From assembly GCF_001194135.2 (NCBI RefSeq), contig NC_068998.1, positions 30,129,334-30,193,333 on the forward strand: a stretch of 64,000 nucleotides of DNA, read 5' to 3'. Under the pieces are notes generated by a model that saw nothing but the letters and a program-made list of their open reading frames with translations, ran no database searches and was not told where the DNA came from. The translations under genes were made by a program, and so were the position numbers. Source of the stretch: Octopus bimaculoides (taxonomy: Eukaryota). Shown here in pieces: positions 63,759-64,000 of this stretch. Position 1 is the first letter of the stretch. Every line of letters begins with the position of its first letter.

Positions 63759-64000
63759 CAGTAACCTGCTTCTCCAACATACTGAGAATTCAGAAATAGC
63801 AGCCAAAGAACTACTGATTCTAAAACTACAAATGTTACTCTAAATTGATAGCGATATTTTTGATACACACAGAACAAAAAACAGTTCTGTGTGTATCAAA
63901 AATATCGCTATCAATTTAGAGTAAAATTTGTAGTTTTAGAATCAGTAGTTCTTTGGCTGCTATTTCTAAATTCTCAGTATGTTGGAGAAGCAGGTTACTG
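63759..64000. repeat. Near-perfect inverted repeat (117-bp arms, 8-nt loop), may extend past the window end
   Basis: 63759-63875 is the reverse complement of 63884-64000 with 2 mismatches. Confidence 0.95.

Overview
AT-rich, gap-containing, repeat-saturated animal genomic DNA. The SINE and LINE repertoire and the (CAT)n/(ATT)n tails resemble Octopus, but the species call is my inference. The only host gene I can support is a minus-strand SV2-family (synaptic vesicle glycoprotein 2-like, MFS) transporter. Four internal exons (49258-49418, 30214-30297, 16682-16765, 4252-4340) splice in frame across about 45 kb, and the ORF track shows only parts of two of them. The introns hold layered transposons: a Penelope-like element (PLE) with an inverted pseudo-LTR, interrupted by a Ty3/gypsy LTR element with a 5-bp TSD; further PLE relics with hammerhead-like motifs; many copies of an RTE-like LINE whose RT carries an inserted C4HC3 (PHD-like) finger; a BovB-like RTE; R4/Dong-like and Hero-like RLE LINE relics; mariner, hAT and piggyBac-like relics; SINEs, Helentron-type elements and microsatellites. 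I found no CRISPR array, rRNA or true tRNA gene, and no clearly new biological system. The most notable items are the PHD-in-RT LINE, the PLE insertion architecture with a templated junction insert, the hammerhead motifs and a long near-perfect hairpin at the window end. All family assignments come from motif recognition by eye; no database search was run.
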